NCBI GenBank assembly: GCA_964597075.1
Contig: CAZQXC010000001.1
Location: forward strand, 4,907 to 68,906
Source of the DNA: an uncultured Roseivirgaceae bacterium
GTDB lineage: Bacteria; Bacteroidota; Bacteroidia; Cytophagales; Cyclobacteriaceae
Reading direction: 5' to 3'
DNA: 64,000 nt
Shown here: one piece after another, positions 9,214-19,648 of the stretch
Layout of the letters: each line of letters opens with the position of its first letter
Numbering within the stretch: the stretch's first letter is position 1
The notes under the pieces: generated by a model
The model's input: only the letters and a program-made list of their open reading frames with translations
Databases searched by the model: none
Told to the model about the DNA's origin: nothing
Program-made: the position numbers and the translations under genes

Positions 9214-10473
9214 TCATTTCTCATGTTTGTAAATTTTTCCGTCTTTCATAACCAACGCAACTTTACGTAAGTCGGAAATGGATTTTGCAGGATCACCCTG
9301 AACAATAACAATATCGGCCAGCAACCCTGGCTTGATTGCACCAATCTCATTTTCCATGTGAAGCGCTTTTGCGTTAACGGTTGTAGCTGCCTTCAGCACA
9401 TCCATGGGATTCATTCCGTACTCAATCATCAATTCCATTTCATAAACATTCTCTCCGTGGTGATATACCCCTACATCACCACCCATACCGATGGTTACTC
9501 CGTTATCAAGCGCAATCTTAAAACTTCTCTTTTTCTGTTGTACCAGGGCAGGCTCAGGTTCCTTTCCCTTTTTCCAGCCACGGTACTGCTGTATAGCATC
9601 TACGGCACCAAGGGTAGCGTAGAAGGTTACGTTATGTTGTTTCATGAATTGGGCAATCTCTTCATCGAGGTAATCGCCATGCTCAATGGTTTCAGCACCC
9701 GCCAGTATGGCTCGCTTCATTGCTTCTTTTGATTTTGCATGGCAAACCAGGTAACGCCCGCTGCTTCGTGTTACCTCGTTAATTAATTTTAACTCTTCAA
9801 GGGTAAAGGATGGCTGGTCTTCTCCTTTGGTTCCCCAGCGGTAATCGGCATATACTTTTATAAAATCTGCACCTTTACCAATCTGATCACGCACCACGCG
9901 AATCAAGTCGTTGCCATCTGCAGGTTCGGCTCCTAACATAATTTTTGAATCTTCGTCATAGCCCTTCGGTCCGTACGAGCCTGTTGACACAATTGCCCTT
10001 CCGGCAACAATCATTCGTGGCCCGGGAATTATGCCTTCATTAATCGCGCGCTTCAAGGCTACATCAGCATAACCTGCCCCTTCGGTTCCTAAATCGCGAA
10101 CAGTGGTGAAGCCGGCCATCAGCGTGTTCTTTGCATGAACCGTTGCCCGTGCAGTTCGATAATTGTCTGATTCCTTTAGTACCTGCGTGTCCCAATCGGT
10201 GATGTTGTATGGATAAAGAAACAAATGGGAGTGCCCTTCAATGAGACCCGGTAAAAGTGTACCGTGTACAAATCGAATGACTTCCGCGTCTTTGGGGGCT
10301 TTGAGTTGTGCTATGGGGCCGACCGCAACAATTTTACTTCCGTCTACCAAAACAGCCCAGCCTGCATGCATTTCTTGTCCGTCAAACACACGATCGGCAT
10401 GGAGGTAATATTTGTTTTGCGCAAAAAGGCTGATTACAAAAAGAAAAAGAATTAGGGTTGCTGTAGCTTTCAT
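9214..10473 (-). CDS. Secreted amidohydrolase-family metallohydrolase
   Basis: Signal peptide, HxH motif (GLIEGHSHLF), and an imidazolonepropionase/prolidase-like layout. Confidence 0.8.
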   Translation of the reverse strand: MKATATLILFLFVISLFAQNKYYLHADRVFDGQEMHAGWAVLVDGSKIVAVGPIAQLKAPKDAEVIRFVHGTLLPGLIEGHSHLFLYPYNITDWDTQVLKESDNYRTARATVHAKNTLMAGFTTVRDLGTEGAGYADVALKRAINEGIIPGPRMIVAGRAIVSTGSYGPKGYDEDSKIMLGAEPADGNDLIRVVRDQIGKGADFIKVYADYRWGTKGEDQPSFTLEELKLINEVTRSSGRYLVCHAKSKEAMKRAILAGAETIEHGDYLDEEIAQFMKQHNVTFYATLGAVDAIQQYRGWKKGKEPEPALVQQKKRSFKIALDNGVTIGMGGDVGVYHHGENVYEMELMIEYGMNPMDVLKAATTVNAKALHMENEIGAIKPGLLADIVIVQGDPAKSISDLRKVALVMKDGKIYKHEK

Positions 10474-10508
10474 TCAGAAAAGTTAGATTTAATTCATTAA
10501 TTTTTGCT

Positions 10509-11375
10509 ATGAAAACGATTTTTATACTGCTATTTCTGTTAAAGAGTATCCTTCTTTTGGCGCAGCAACCTCCCGGCACTGAAATTTACATATTTGATTT
10601 AACCGTTAAAAAGAATAGTGTTCAATTATCAAACCCACAAAATATCACCAATCGAACCGGATACGATAACCAACCATATTTTCATCCGGAAAAACCGCTT
10701 CTTTATTTTTCATCTGCTGATGAATCTGATAAAACAGACATTATGGTTTATAACTATGAAACCGGTGAAACAAAAAAGTTTACGAATACTTCCGAGCGGG
10801 AATATTCTCCAACAGTAACACCTGACGGAAAATTTATTTCCTGCATCATTCAACGCGACAATGGTGTCCAGGACCTGGGTAAATATCCAATCGAAGGTGG
10901 AGAACCTGTGATCATTATTGATAACCTAATGGTAGGTTACCATGCCTGGGTAAATGATGATTTACTCATACTCTTTGTGTTAGGTCGTCCTAACACACTT
11001 CGGTTGTATTCTTTAGCTAATACAAAAGATCTTGAGTTGGCTGAGAACATCGGAAGATCGATTCACCGCATTCCGGGTACAAATGACATTAGTTTTATCC
11101 ATAAGCAAGGAGCAGAATGGTTAATCAAAAAATACAATGGTAAAGACGGAACCATAGAAACGTTAGCTCCAACATTGCCCAATCGGGAGGACTTGACGTG
11201 GACAAAGGATGGAAAGATTTTGATGAGTGATGGAGAAACACTTTTCTTTTGGATACCCAAAAAAAGTAAAAACTGGATAGCCATTGAAAGGTCCGCTAAC
11301 CTAACCTTGGCCGGAATTACAAGGTTGGCGGTGAATTCCTCAGCAATGAAACTTGCCCTTGTAGCCAGTGAGTGA
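10509..11375 (+). CDS. Secreted PD40/TolB-like beta-propeller protein
   Basis: Signal peptide, plus YDNQPYFHP and EYSPTVTPDGKFIS repeats. Confidence 0.6.
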   Translation: MKTIFILLFLLKSILLLAQQPPGTEIYIFDLTVKKNSVQLSNPQNITNRTGYDNQPYFHPEKPLLYFSSADESDKTDIMVYNYETGETKKFTNTSEREYSPTVTPDGKFISCIIQRDNGVQDLGKYPIEGGEPVIIIDNLMVGYHAWVNDDLLILFVLGRPNTLRLYSLANTKDLELAENIGRSIHRIPGTNDISFIHKQGAEWLIKKYNGKDGTIETLAPTLPNREDLTWTKDGKILMSDGETLFFWIPKKSKNWIAIERSANLTLAGITRLAVNSSAMKLALVASE

Positions 11376-11467
11376 CCCTTGGTTGGGAGTGTTCATACTT
11401 ATGCAGGACATCTAGTTGAGAATCGTGTCACCGGCTAATTGAACATTAGCTTATATTTGTTACCCTC

Positions 11468-12097
11468 ATGAACGAGCTCAAGCACATAGCCCTCTCCGGA
11501 AATATTGGTTCCGGAAAAACCACATTGGCTGAAAAACTATCCAAACATTATGGCTGGACTCCCCTCTATGAATCAGTCGATACCAATCCATACCTGAAGG
11601 ATTTCTATAATGACATGACCCGGTGGGCCTTTCACGTACAGATCTACTTTCTGAACAGTCGCTTACGCCAGGTTAACGAAATACGCTCCAGCGAAAAAAC
11701 CATCATACAAGATCGTACTATTTACGAAGATGCGTACATTTTTGCCGCCAACCTGCACAAGAGCAAACACATCTCTGAACGTGATTACCAAAGCTACCTC
11801 GACATTTTCAATTCTATGATCACCTTTGTAAAAGCACCGGATTTACTCATCTACCTGCGATCGGATGTGCCCAAACTGGTTCGCCAAATTCAAAAGCGCG
11901 GTCGTGAGTACGAATACGCTATACGACTCGATTATCTGCAAAACCTCAACGAGCACTACGAAAACTGGATTGGTAATTACAAGCACGGCAAGCTGCTCAT
12001 CGTAAATGTGAACGATCTGGACTTTGTTGAACGGATAGAAGATTTTTCGCATATCGTAAACCGCATTGATCTGGAAATCAATAATTTGTTCTCTTAA
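11468..12097 (+). CDS. Deoxynucleoside kinase
   Basis: P-loop GNIGSGKTT and a DRTIYEDAYIFA motif, with a size of 209 aa. Confidence 0.85.
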   Translation: MNELKHIALSGNIGSGKTTLAEKLSKHYGWTPLYESVDTNPYLKDFYNDMTRWAFHVQIYFLNSRLRQVNEIRSSEKTIIQDRTIYEDAYIFAANLHKSKHISERDYQSYLDIFNSMITFVKAPDLLIYLRSDVPKLVRQIQKRGREYEYAIRLDYLQNLNEHYENWIGNYKHGKLLIVNVNDLDFVERIEDFSHIVNRIDLEINNLFS

Positions 12098-12151
12098 GTA
12101 CGATTCCTCCCTCCTGTGTAATTCCAAAACATTGAATACATTTGGCATGTA

Positions 12152-12697
12152 TTGTTTGCGTCCTCTTTTCGCTACCTTCGCTCTGTGAGGCACTTCATTT
12201 CCATCCTTCTTCTTGCACTTCTGCTGGCCAACTTTGCCGGCTCGTATATTTACTTTGCCTTTCGCGCACTGCAAATTAAACGAGAGATGCGTGCCTTGTT
12301 GGCTACCCTGCCAGATGAAGAACTTGAGCTTATCATACTAACCCCTGAAGAATTCAAACAAACCCGTGTAGAAGATCATGAAATAAAAGTTAACGGCAAC
12401 ATGTTTGATATCGCACGTGTTGTTGAAAAGGATTCAAAACTTTTTGTTTATGGTGTGTATGATGAAGATGAAGACAACCTGCTTTCATTTTTAAATGCTG
12501 TGGTGACCAATCTTCAAAACGATTCAACCCAAACACCGCCCTCTTTTTCGTTGTTCAGCGTGCTCCATTACCTGCCGGTTCAGTTTGAGTATAGTTTAAC
12601 TACCATGCCTGAAAAATCTTTATTGCAGACTTGCTACAACAAATCATTCATTAACTTCATTTCTATCATCGACTCGCCTCCACCCAGGCAAGCTTAA
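12152..12697 (+). CDS. Hypothetical N-terminally anchored membrane protein
   Basis: One TM segment (ISILLLALLLANFAGSYIYFAF) and no motif I recognise. The start is TTG at 12152 or in-frame GTG at 12185. Confidence 0.45.
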   Translation: MFASSFRYLRSVRHFISILLLALLLANFAGSYIYFAFRALQIKREMRALLATLPDEELELIILTPEEFKQTRVEDHEIKVNGNMFDIARVVEKDSKLFVYGVYDEDEDNLLSFLNAVVTNLQNDSTQTPPSFSLFSVLHYLPVQFEYSLTTMPEKSLLQTCYNKSFINFISIIDSPPPRQA

Positions 12698-12750
12698 GTC
12701 AACTACCGGATTCAATCCGGGTTTTAACATTTTCTGACTTAGAATTTTTC

Positions 12751-14955
12751 ATGTACATGAGAATAACACTTGTGGTTTATCTGCTTGTGCAGTGTTGCTA
12801 TATGCATGCGCAACAGGCAGACACAACTAAACTTCTGGACGAGGTGGTGATTTCGGTTAACCGCTGGGAAGAAAATTTGCGTGAAGTTCCCAACCGCGTA
12901 ACGAAAATAGATGCCTCCTTAATTCAATTTCAAAATCCGCAAACTGCGGCCGACTTACTGAGCCTTTCCAACCAGGTCTTTGTCCAGAAAAGTCAGCTGG
13001 GAGGAGGTAGCCCAATGATTCGGGGCTTTGCCACCAACCGTGTGCTGCTGGTTGTTGATGGCGTACGTTTTAACAACGCCATCTTCCGCAGCGGAAATGT
13101 GCAGAATGTCATTTCGATTGATCCCAACATCATTGAAAGCTCCGAAGTAATCTTTGGTCCGGGTTCAGTAATCTATGGAAGTGATGCTATTGGCGGGGTA
13201 ATGGATTTCCACACCCGCCAGGCGCGGCTTTCTGTCGATGAAAAACTAAATTTTGCGGGTAATGCACTGATGCGCTATTCTTCGGCCAATAAAGAAAATA
13301 CCGGTCATCTGGATGTCAACTTCGGTTTGAAGAAATGGGCGTTTCTCACCAGCGTTACCTATTCAACATACGATGACCTGAAACAAGGTTCTAATGGGCC
13401 CGATGATTATTTACGCCCGGATTATATGGTGCGTGAAAACGCTGCTGATGTTGTAAAAATTAATTCCGACTCGCGCGTTCAAATTCCAACCGGCTACGAT
13501 CAACTTAACCTGATGCAGAAAGTTCGTTTTAAACCAAATTTAAACTGGGATCTAAATTACAGCTATCATCAATCCAAAACATCGCGTTATGATCGCTACG
13601 ATCGGTTGATACTGAAAAATAATCAGGGGGATTATGTGAGTGCTGAATGGTATTACGGACCACAGGAATGGTTAATGCATGCCTTTCAGGCCAATTATCT
13701 TTCATCTACTGCATTGTTTGATGCAGCCCGGTTTACCATCGCCTATCAGGACTATACCGAAAGCCGGCACAACCGCAATCGGAATAATGCCGACCGCAAC
13801 AACCGGTTTGAAAACGTAAAAGCCTGGTCTGCCAATCTGGACATGGATAAAAAGGTGAATGAGCAAGTTCAACTGTTTTACGGAGCTGAGTTTGTAACGA
13901 ATAAGGTCTATTCAACGGCTTACCAGTTTAACATAAACACCGAGGCGGAGTCACCGCTTTCCACCCGGTACCCGGATGATTCCGATTGGCGCTCGATGGC
14001 TGCTTACCTGAGTATGAAGATTAACCTCAATCAAGGGTGGCTGCTCACTGTCAGTAATCGCTTTAATTATGTGTACACCTACGCGAAGTACGATAACAAC
14101 TTTTTTGATTTTCAGTTTACTGAAGCGGAATTAAAAAACAAGCAGATCACGAATAGTCTTGGATTGATATACAGTCCTTCGGAAAGATCAAAACTGTATG
14201 TCAATTTCTCTACCGGATTTCGCGCACCGAATGTAGACGATATCGGCAAAGTGTTCGATTCGCAACCGGGCACTGTCGTAGTGCCTAATCCAATGCTAAA
14301 GCCTGAGTCGGCCTTTAACTATGAAATTGGCACGATCGTAAACATGACCAAAAAGTTTTCCTTTGATGCCGGTGTGTACTGTACCACCATGGATAATGCC
14401 ATTGCACGCGCACCCTCTACCTTTAACGGACAAGACAGCATTGAATATGATGGAACGCTGAGCCGGGTATTGTCACTTCAAAACGTTAATGAGCTTTATG
14501 TGTATGGTGTGCAGGTGGGTATTGATTGGAAAATGTTGGACTACCTTCAACTGACTTCATCCTTCAATTATCAAAAAGGGAAAGAGCGTGATTTTACCAG
14601 TGGATTAAATGGCCCGCCAACGCATGTTGCTCCCTCTTTTGGTGCTACACATGTGATCTTTAACAGGAAAGGATTAATGGCCAATTTATACGCCAACTAC
14701 CATGGTAAAATTTCCAATAGTGACCTTGCCTTCAGTGAACAGGCTGATGCTCATTTGTATGCTAAGGACGAAAACGGAAATCCGTATTCACCCGCTTGGT
14801 GGACGCTTAGTTTCAAGGCGTCTTATTCAATTATTAAAAATCTGACAATTGACGCAGGGGTTGAGAACATTCTTGATAAACGCTATCGGCCATATTCATC
14901 CGGCATATCCGCACCGGGCAGAAACTTTATTGTTTCTTTGCGCGGCAAATTTTAA
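12751..14955 (+). CDS. TonB-dependent outer-membrane receptor
   Basis: Signal peptide, plug region (VVISVNRWEENLREVPNRV, GGGSPMIRGF), and a C-terminal beta-barrel ending in an aromatic residue (..LRGKF). Confidence 0.85.
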   Translation: MYMRITLVVYLLVQCCYMHAQQADTTKLLDEVVISVNRWEENLREVPNRVTKIDASLIQFQNPQTAADLLSLSNQVFVQKSQLGGGSPMIRGFATNRVLLVVDGVRFNNAIFRSGNVQNVISIDPNIIESSEVIFGPGSVIYGSDAIGGVMDFHTRQARLSVDEKLNFAGNALMRYSSANKENTGHLDVNFGLKKWAFLTSVTYSTYDDLKQGSNGPDDYLRPDYMVRENAADVVKINSDSRVQIPTGYDQLNLMQKVRFKPNLNWDLNYSYHQSKTSRYDRYDRLILKNNQGDYVSAEWYYGPQEWLMHAFQANYLSSTALFDAARFTIAYQDYTESRHNRNRNNADRNNRFENVKAWSANLDMDKKVNEQVQLFYGAEFVTNKVYSTAYQFNINTEAESPLSTRYPDDSDWRSMAAYLSMKINLNQGWLLTVSNRFNYVYTYAKYDNNFFDFQFTEAELKNKQITNSLGLIYSPSERSKLYVNFSTGFRAPNVDDIGKVFDSQPGTVVVPNPMLKPESAFNYEIGTIVNMTKKFSFDAGVYCTTMDNAIARAPSTFNGQDSIEYDGTLSRVLSLQNVNELYVYGVQVGIDWKMLDYLQLTSSFNYQKGKERDFTSGLNGPPTHVAPSFGATHVIFNRKGLMANLYANYHGKISNSDLAFSEQADAHLYAKDENGNPYSPAWWTLSFKASYSIIKNLTIDAGVENILDKRYRPYSSGISAPGRNFIVSLRGKF

Positions 14956-15009
14956 GTGAACTGCAGGCAGTATTTGAAAAAGACTCCTTGCTAAATATTG
15001 AATTGACAA

Positions 15010-15582
15010 ATGAAAGACACAAAAGAAATAGCCAAATCAACCCGAACTCACCGAAAAATTCACCGAATTGTAGGTTCATCTTTACTCGTGTTCTTTTTTA
15101 TCGTTTCCCTTACGGGATTATTACTGGGGTGGAAAAAACATTCAGGCGGATTGATCCTTCCCAAAACAGAAAAGGGTGTTTCTGTAAATTTAAGCACCTG
15201 GTTGAGCTATGCTGAGCTCAATGCACTAGCGCTTCAGGCCTTGCGCGATTCGTTTCCAGAGCCACTATCACCAACAGTGGATCGGATTGATGCCCGGCCC
15301 GATAAGGGTATTGTAAAATTTGTTTTCAAAGATCATTTTACTGAAATACAACTCGATGGCGCCACCGGAAAAGTGTTGGCGGTAAATCAACGAACTTCGG
15401 ATATCATTGAGCAAATTCATGATGGTTCCATCATGGATTTTCTGTTTGAAACGTCAGATGGTCAGATAAAACTCGTATACACTTCGCTGTTGGGTAGTGG
15501 CATGGCCTTGCTTTCCTTTACCGGCTTCTGGTTATGGTACAATCCGAAACGGATGCGGAAGCAAAAGGAGAAACCAGAATAA
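15010..15582 (+). CDS. PepSY-domain membrane protein
   Basis: N-terminal HRKIHRIVGSSLLVFFFIVSLTGLLLGW (PepSY-associated TM helix pattern) and a second C-terminal TM segment. Confidence 0.65.
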   Translation: MKDTKEIAKSTRTHRKIHRIVGSSLLVFFFIVSLTGLLLGWKKHSGGLILPKTEKGVSVNLSTWLSYAELNALALQALRDSFPEPLSPTVDRIDARPDKGIVKFVFKDHFTEIQLDGATGKVLAVNQRTSDIIEQIHDGSIMDFLFETSDGQIKLVYTSLLGSGMALLSFTGFWLWYNPKRMRKQKEKPE

Positions 15583-15584
15583 AA

Positions 15585-17108
15585 TCAATTGCTGTTAGCC
15601 ATCTTTAAAATATCCTCCACATACTCTCGCGTATTCGACAGGCGAGGTACTTTGTTTTGTCCGCCTAATTTTCCACGGCTCTTCATCCAGTTATAAAACG
15701 TGCCTGGCTCTACACTGTGGATTTTGGGGGCGACCAATGCCAGATCATGTGCACGCTTGGCGTCATAGTCGCTGTTAACCTGTCGAAGTGTTGAGTCCAG
15801 AATATGGGTAAACTCAGCCAGGTCGCTAGGCTTGGTCTTAAACTCAATAACCCATTCATGTCCGCCCTTTTTAGTAGCTTCCAAAAATATCGGTGCTGCC
15901 GTAAAATTATCAATAATCGCTCCTGTGGCTTCACAGGCTTTGGTTATGGCAGTTTCAGCATTTTCAACAATCACTTCCTCGCCAAAAGCGTTTATAAAAT
16001 GTTTTGTTCTTCCTGAAATCTTAATGCGGTACGGGTCCAGGGAGGTGAACTTTATTGTGTCACCAATATTGTACCGCCATAACCCAGCGTTGGTACTAAT
16101 TACCAGCGCGTAATTTTTTCCAAGCTCTACTTCGTTAAGCCGGATGGCCTTTGGATGCTCCTTCTCCAACTCATCAATGGAAATAAATTCATAAAAGATC
16201 CCATAGTCGAGCATGAGTAACATCTCTTCTGAGTTTTTTTGATCCTGAATCCCAAAAAATCCTTCACTGGCATTGTAGATTTCCCAATACACCATTTGAT
16301 CCTTGGGGATGAGTTCCTTAAACAACTTACGATAAGGCTTAAAGGAAACAGCGCCATGAAAAAAAACTTCAAGGTTTGGCCATACCTCTAAAATGTTTTT
16401 CTTTCTCTCCAGTGCAACAATTTGTTGAATCAACAGGATCGTCCAGGTGGGGACGCCTGCTATATTGGTAACATTTTCCTGAGAAGTTTCACGTGCCAGC
16501 TTGTCTATCTTCTCTTCCCAGTTACTCATCAAAGCAGTTTCCAGCTTAGGTGTACGAATAAATTCAGCCCAGATTGGAAGGTTCTGCATAATTACTGCCG
16601 ACACATCACCATAATAAGAAGAAGCTGTTGGGTCAAATTCATTTACCTGGTGGCTTCCTCCAACCGCCAGTCCTTTGCCGTCAAAAATCTTTGTGTCGGG
16701 GTAATTGTTGACATAAATCGAAAGCAAATCCTTTCCGCCTTTGAAGTGGCAGTCTTCCAATGCTTCTTCAGATACTGGAATAAATTTGCTTCGTGCGTTT
16801 GTTGTTCCGGATGATTTGGAAAACCATTTTACTTCCGAGGGCCACAAAATATTTTGCTCACCACGCATCAGGCGCTCGATGTATGGAAAAATTTGTTCAT
16901 AGGAATGGACCGGAACACGATCACGAAACTGACTATAGGAAGTGATGGAACCGAAATCGTACTGCTGGCCAAATTTGGTATGTCGAGCTGTTTGTATAAG
17001 TTTCCTGAAAATTTCATCCTGTACTTCATGCGGGTACTTCATAAAAAGCTCAATCTGATGAATGCGCTTTTTCATCACCCAGGTAAGAATAGAATTCAGG
17101 AGGCCCAT
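15585..17108 (-). CDS. GH3-family (acyl-acid amido synthetase-like, ANL superfamily) protein
   Basis: 507 aa. The bacterial GH3 pattern is present (FSKSSGTT, YNASEGFFG, RYNIGD). Confidence 0.8.
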   Translation of the reverse strand: MGLLNSILTWVMKKRIHQIELFMKYPHEVQDEIFRKLIQTARHTKFGQQYDFGSITSYSQFRDRVPVHSYEQIFPYIERLMRGEQNILWPSEVKWFSKSSGTTNARSKFIPVSEEALEDCHFKGGKDLLSIYVNNYPDTKIFDGKGLAVGGSHQVNEFDPTASSYYGDVSAVIMQNLPIWAEFIRTPKLETALMSNWEEKIDKLARETSQENVTNIAGVPTWTILLIQQIVALERKKNILEVWPNLEVFFHGAVSFKPYRKLFKELIPKDQMVYWEIYNASEGFFGIQDQKNSEEMLLMLDYGIFYEFISIDELEKEHPKAIRLNEVELGKNYALVISTNAGLWRYNIGDTIKFTSLDPYRIKISGRTKHFINAFGEEVIVENAETAITKACEATGAIIDNFTAAPIFLEATKKGGHEWVIEFKTKPSDLAEFTHILDSTLRQVNSDYDAKRAHDLALVAPKIHSVEPGTFYNWMKSRGKLGGQNKVPRLSNTREYVEDILKMANSN

Positions 17109-17162
17109 CAGTATCAGGAAAACTCAAAAATAGGCAGAATCCTTTGATTTAAAAGTGCAATG

Positions 17163-17936
17163 CTATTTGGGTTCGTCTGTCCAGCTATCGGTATTTTGTG
17201 TAAGCGCTTTCGATCTGCGCAATTCAAAATTCTGGCCAAGATATACTTTACGCACCTGTGGATCACTAGCCAGTTCTTCGGCTGTACCCGATTTAAAAAG
17301 TTTTCCGTCCACCATCAGGTAAGCACGGTCGGTGATGGAAAGTGTTTCGTCTACGTTATGATCGGTAATAAGAATACCGATATTCTTACGCTTTAATTTA
17401 GCTACAATGGATTGAATTTCTTCCACCGCAATGGGGTCAACACCTGCAAAGGGTTCATCGAGCAAAACGAATTTCGGGTCAACCGCAAGCGCCCGGGCGA
17501 TCTCTGTTCTTCTGCGTTCACCTCCCGATAAGGACATCCCCAGATTTTTTCTCACCTTATGAAGACTAAACTCGTTAATAAGTTCATCCACCTTATCGTG
17601 TCGCTCCTGCTTTGTGAATGTTCTCATCTCCAATACTGACATGATATTTTCCTCCACAGTTAATTTTCGGAACACAGAAGCTTCCTGTGCAAGATAGCCA
17701 ATTCCTTTACGCGCCCGTTGGTACATCGGTAGCGCGGTAATATCTTCCTGATCCAAAAATATTTGTCCTTCGTTCGGCTTAATAAGCCCAACGATCATAT
17801 AAAAGGAAGTCGTTTTTCCTGCACCATTGGGGCCGAGCAAACCAACAATCTCTCCCTGCGCAACTTGTACGGAAACATGATCTACTACCGTACGGCTTTT
17901 GTATTTCTTTATCAGGTTTTCGGCCCGGAGTATCAT
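17163..17936 (-). CDS. lptB: LPS export ABC transporter ATP-binding protein
   Basis: Walker [10 protein letters not shown], signature LSGGERRR, Walker B LLDEPF. The start is taken at the ATG at 17936 (MILRAENL); alternatives are 17948 and 17951. Confidence 0.85.
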   Translation of the reverse strand: MILRAENLIKKYKSRTVVDHVSVQVAQGEIVGLLGPNGAGKTTSFYMIVGLIKPNEGQIFLDQEDITALPMYQRARKGIGYLAQEASVFRKLTVEENIMSVLEMRTFTKQERHDKVDELINEFSLHKVRKNLGMSLSGGERRRTEIARALAVDPKFVLLDEPFAGVDPIAVEEIQSIVAKLKRKNIGILITDHNVDETLSITDRAYLMVDGKLFKSGTAEELASDPQVRKVYLGQNFELRRSKALTQNTDSWTDEPK

Positions 17937-17940
17937 GTGC

Positions 17941-19644
17941 TTATTCATCAAATTTCATGTCTTTAATCCGTAGTTGCGTGCTGGTGTTTCCGTTAAACAC
18001 GTTTTCTTCAATTGTAAATACCATACTACAGGTTCCTCCATCCGCCAGGCGATCATAGTACTCTGCCAAATCAAAACCTACGGCCTGAAAAACATTTTCA
18101 TTTCCCTCCTGTCCTGCTAAAAACCGAATGTGCTTTTCTTTAAAACTGGTGAGGGAACTAATCACATACACACGACTGGCTTCAAACACTGGTTTTTGGT
18201 TTTCCGGACCAAAAGGAGCCATCTGCTTCAAAACAGCTAAAAACTTAGGCGTGATTTTATCAAACAAAATAGGTACATCTACTTCGATAACCGGTGTAAG
18301 CATATCTTCCGTAATGGATTTTGAGACCACTTCTTCAAAACGCTCCCGAAAAGCCTTTAAATTGCCTGCCTCCATGGTTAACCCGGCGGCATACTTGTGT
18401 CCTCCAAACTTCTCCAGCAAATCACTGCAACTTACCATGGCTTCGTACAGGTTAAAACCATTAACACTGCGCGCGGAGCCGGTTATTTTATTGTTTGATT
18501 CGGTTAAGATCACAGTGGGGCGGTAAAATTTCTCGATACAACGAGCAGCAACTATGCCAATTACACCTTTATGCCAGGTGTTTTTAAAAAGAACTGTGGA
18601 TTTTGCTGTCAGGAGACTAGTATCACTTTCTATCATGGCAAAGGCCTCTTCGGTGATGCTCATATCAAACTCTCTGCGCAAGTCATTGTTTACATTTACA
18701 GCTTGTGCTCGTTTCATTGCCTCCTCTTCAGAATCAGCCGTTAGCAAATCAACTGCTGCGCTACCATGAGCTACCCTTCCGGCCGCATTAATACGAGGAC
18801 CAAGTGTAAATACAATGCCAGAGACATCCAGTTCACCCTTCAGTTGCGAAATTTCTTTAAGCGCCTTTAAACCAGGAGCAGGATTTTCATTCAGTTTCTT
18901 CAGCCCAAAGTATGTGAGCACACGATTTTCACCGGTAATCGGAACAATGTCGGAAGCAATGCTAACCGCTACCAGGTCCAGAAATTCAAAAACTTCTTCT
19001 TCCTTTCTGTATCTGCGTGCATAAGCTTGTATCAATTTAAATCCTAATCCACAGCCGCTAAGTTCCTGATATGGATAAGTACAATCCTTTCGTTTAGGAT
19101 CTAATACGGCAACCGCGTTTGGAATTTTTTCATCAGGCAGGTGGTGATCACAAATAATAAAGTCAATTCCTTTGTGATTAGCCAACAACACCATATCGGA
19201 TGCCTTAATGCCGCAGTCGAGTGCAATGACTAAGGTATAGCTATTCTCCTCAGCCCATTCAACACCCGCTTGTGAAATTCCGTAACCTTCTTTATTTCGA
19301 TCGGGAATGTAAATCTCACATGCTGTATGAAATTTATGCAGGTAGTTGTACACCAACGAAACTGCTGTAGTGCCATCTACATCATAATCACCATAAATTA
19401 AAATTTTCTCGTTCTGCTGAAGTGCCGCATGCAGGCGCTCTACGGCACGATCCATGTCCATCATTAAAAATGGATTATGTAGCTGGTCGAGTGAAGGACG
19501 AAAATAATTTATTGCGCTTTGTAAATCGGTTATATCCCGCTGAAGGAGAATCGAGGTGAGATAGGGATTAAGGTTAAGAACTTTACCAAAATTTACAATC
19601 TGCTCTTTTGAGGGAAGAGGTTTGTATATCCACTTCTTCTCCAT
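17941..19644 (-). CDS. recJ: Single-stranded-DNA-specific exonuclease RecJ
   Basis: DHH-family motifs GDYDVDGTT and ICDHHLP, with a DHHA1-like GGHKYAAG. Confidence 0.9.
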   Translation of the reverse strand: MEKKWIYKPLPSKEQIVNFGKVLNLNPYLTSILLQRDITDLQSAINYFRPSLDQLHNPFLMMDMDRAVERLHAALQQNEKILIYGDYDVDGTTAVSLVYNYLHKFHTACEIYIPDRNKEGYGISQAGVEWAEENSYTLVIALDCGIKASDMVLLANHKGIDFIICDHHLPDEKIPNAVAVLDPKRKDCTYPYQELSGCGLGFKLIQAYARRYRKEEEVFEFLDLVAVSIASDIVPITGENRVLTYFGLKKLNENPAPGLKALKEISQLKGELDVSGIVFTLGPRINAAGRVAHGSAAVDLLTADSEEEAMKRAQAVNVNNDLRREFDMSITEEAFAMIESDTSLLTAKSTVLFKNTWHKGVIGIVAARCIEKFYRPTVILTESNNKITGSARSVNGFNLYEAMVSCSDLLEKFGGHKYAAGLTMEAGNLKAFRERFEEVVSKSITEDMLTPVIEVDVPILFDKITPKFLAVLKQMAPFGPENQKPVFEASRVYVISSLTSFKEKHIRFLAGQEGNENVFQAVGFDLAEYYDRLADGGTCSMVFTIEENVFNGNTSTQLRIKDMKFDE

Positions 19645-19648
19645 CTTA

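Noticed and set aside
14230-14320. FRAP- and NPNL-like boxes in the TonB-dependent receptor suggested a heme receptor.
   Set aside because: GFRAP-type motifs are common in many TBDRs. The His expected between the boxes in heme receptors is absent, and no heme-utilisation genes (hmuY/hemS-type) are adjacent. The substrate is left open.
2136-17108. A LOG (cytokinin-activating family) gene and a GH3 (auxin-conjugating family) gene occur in the same window, suggesting a plant-hormone manipulation locus.
   Set aside because: The genes are 13 kb apart, on opposite strands, and separated by unrelated genes. Both families are widespread in non-plant-associated bacteria with other presumed roles.
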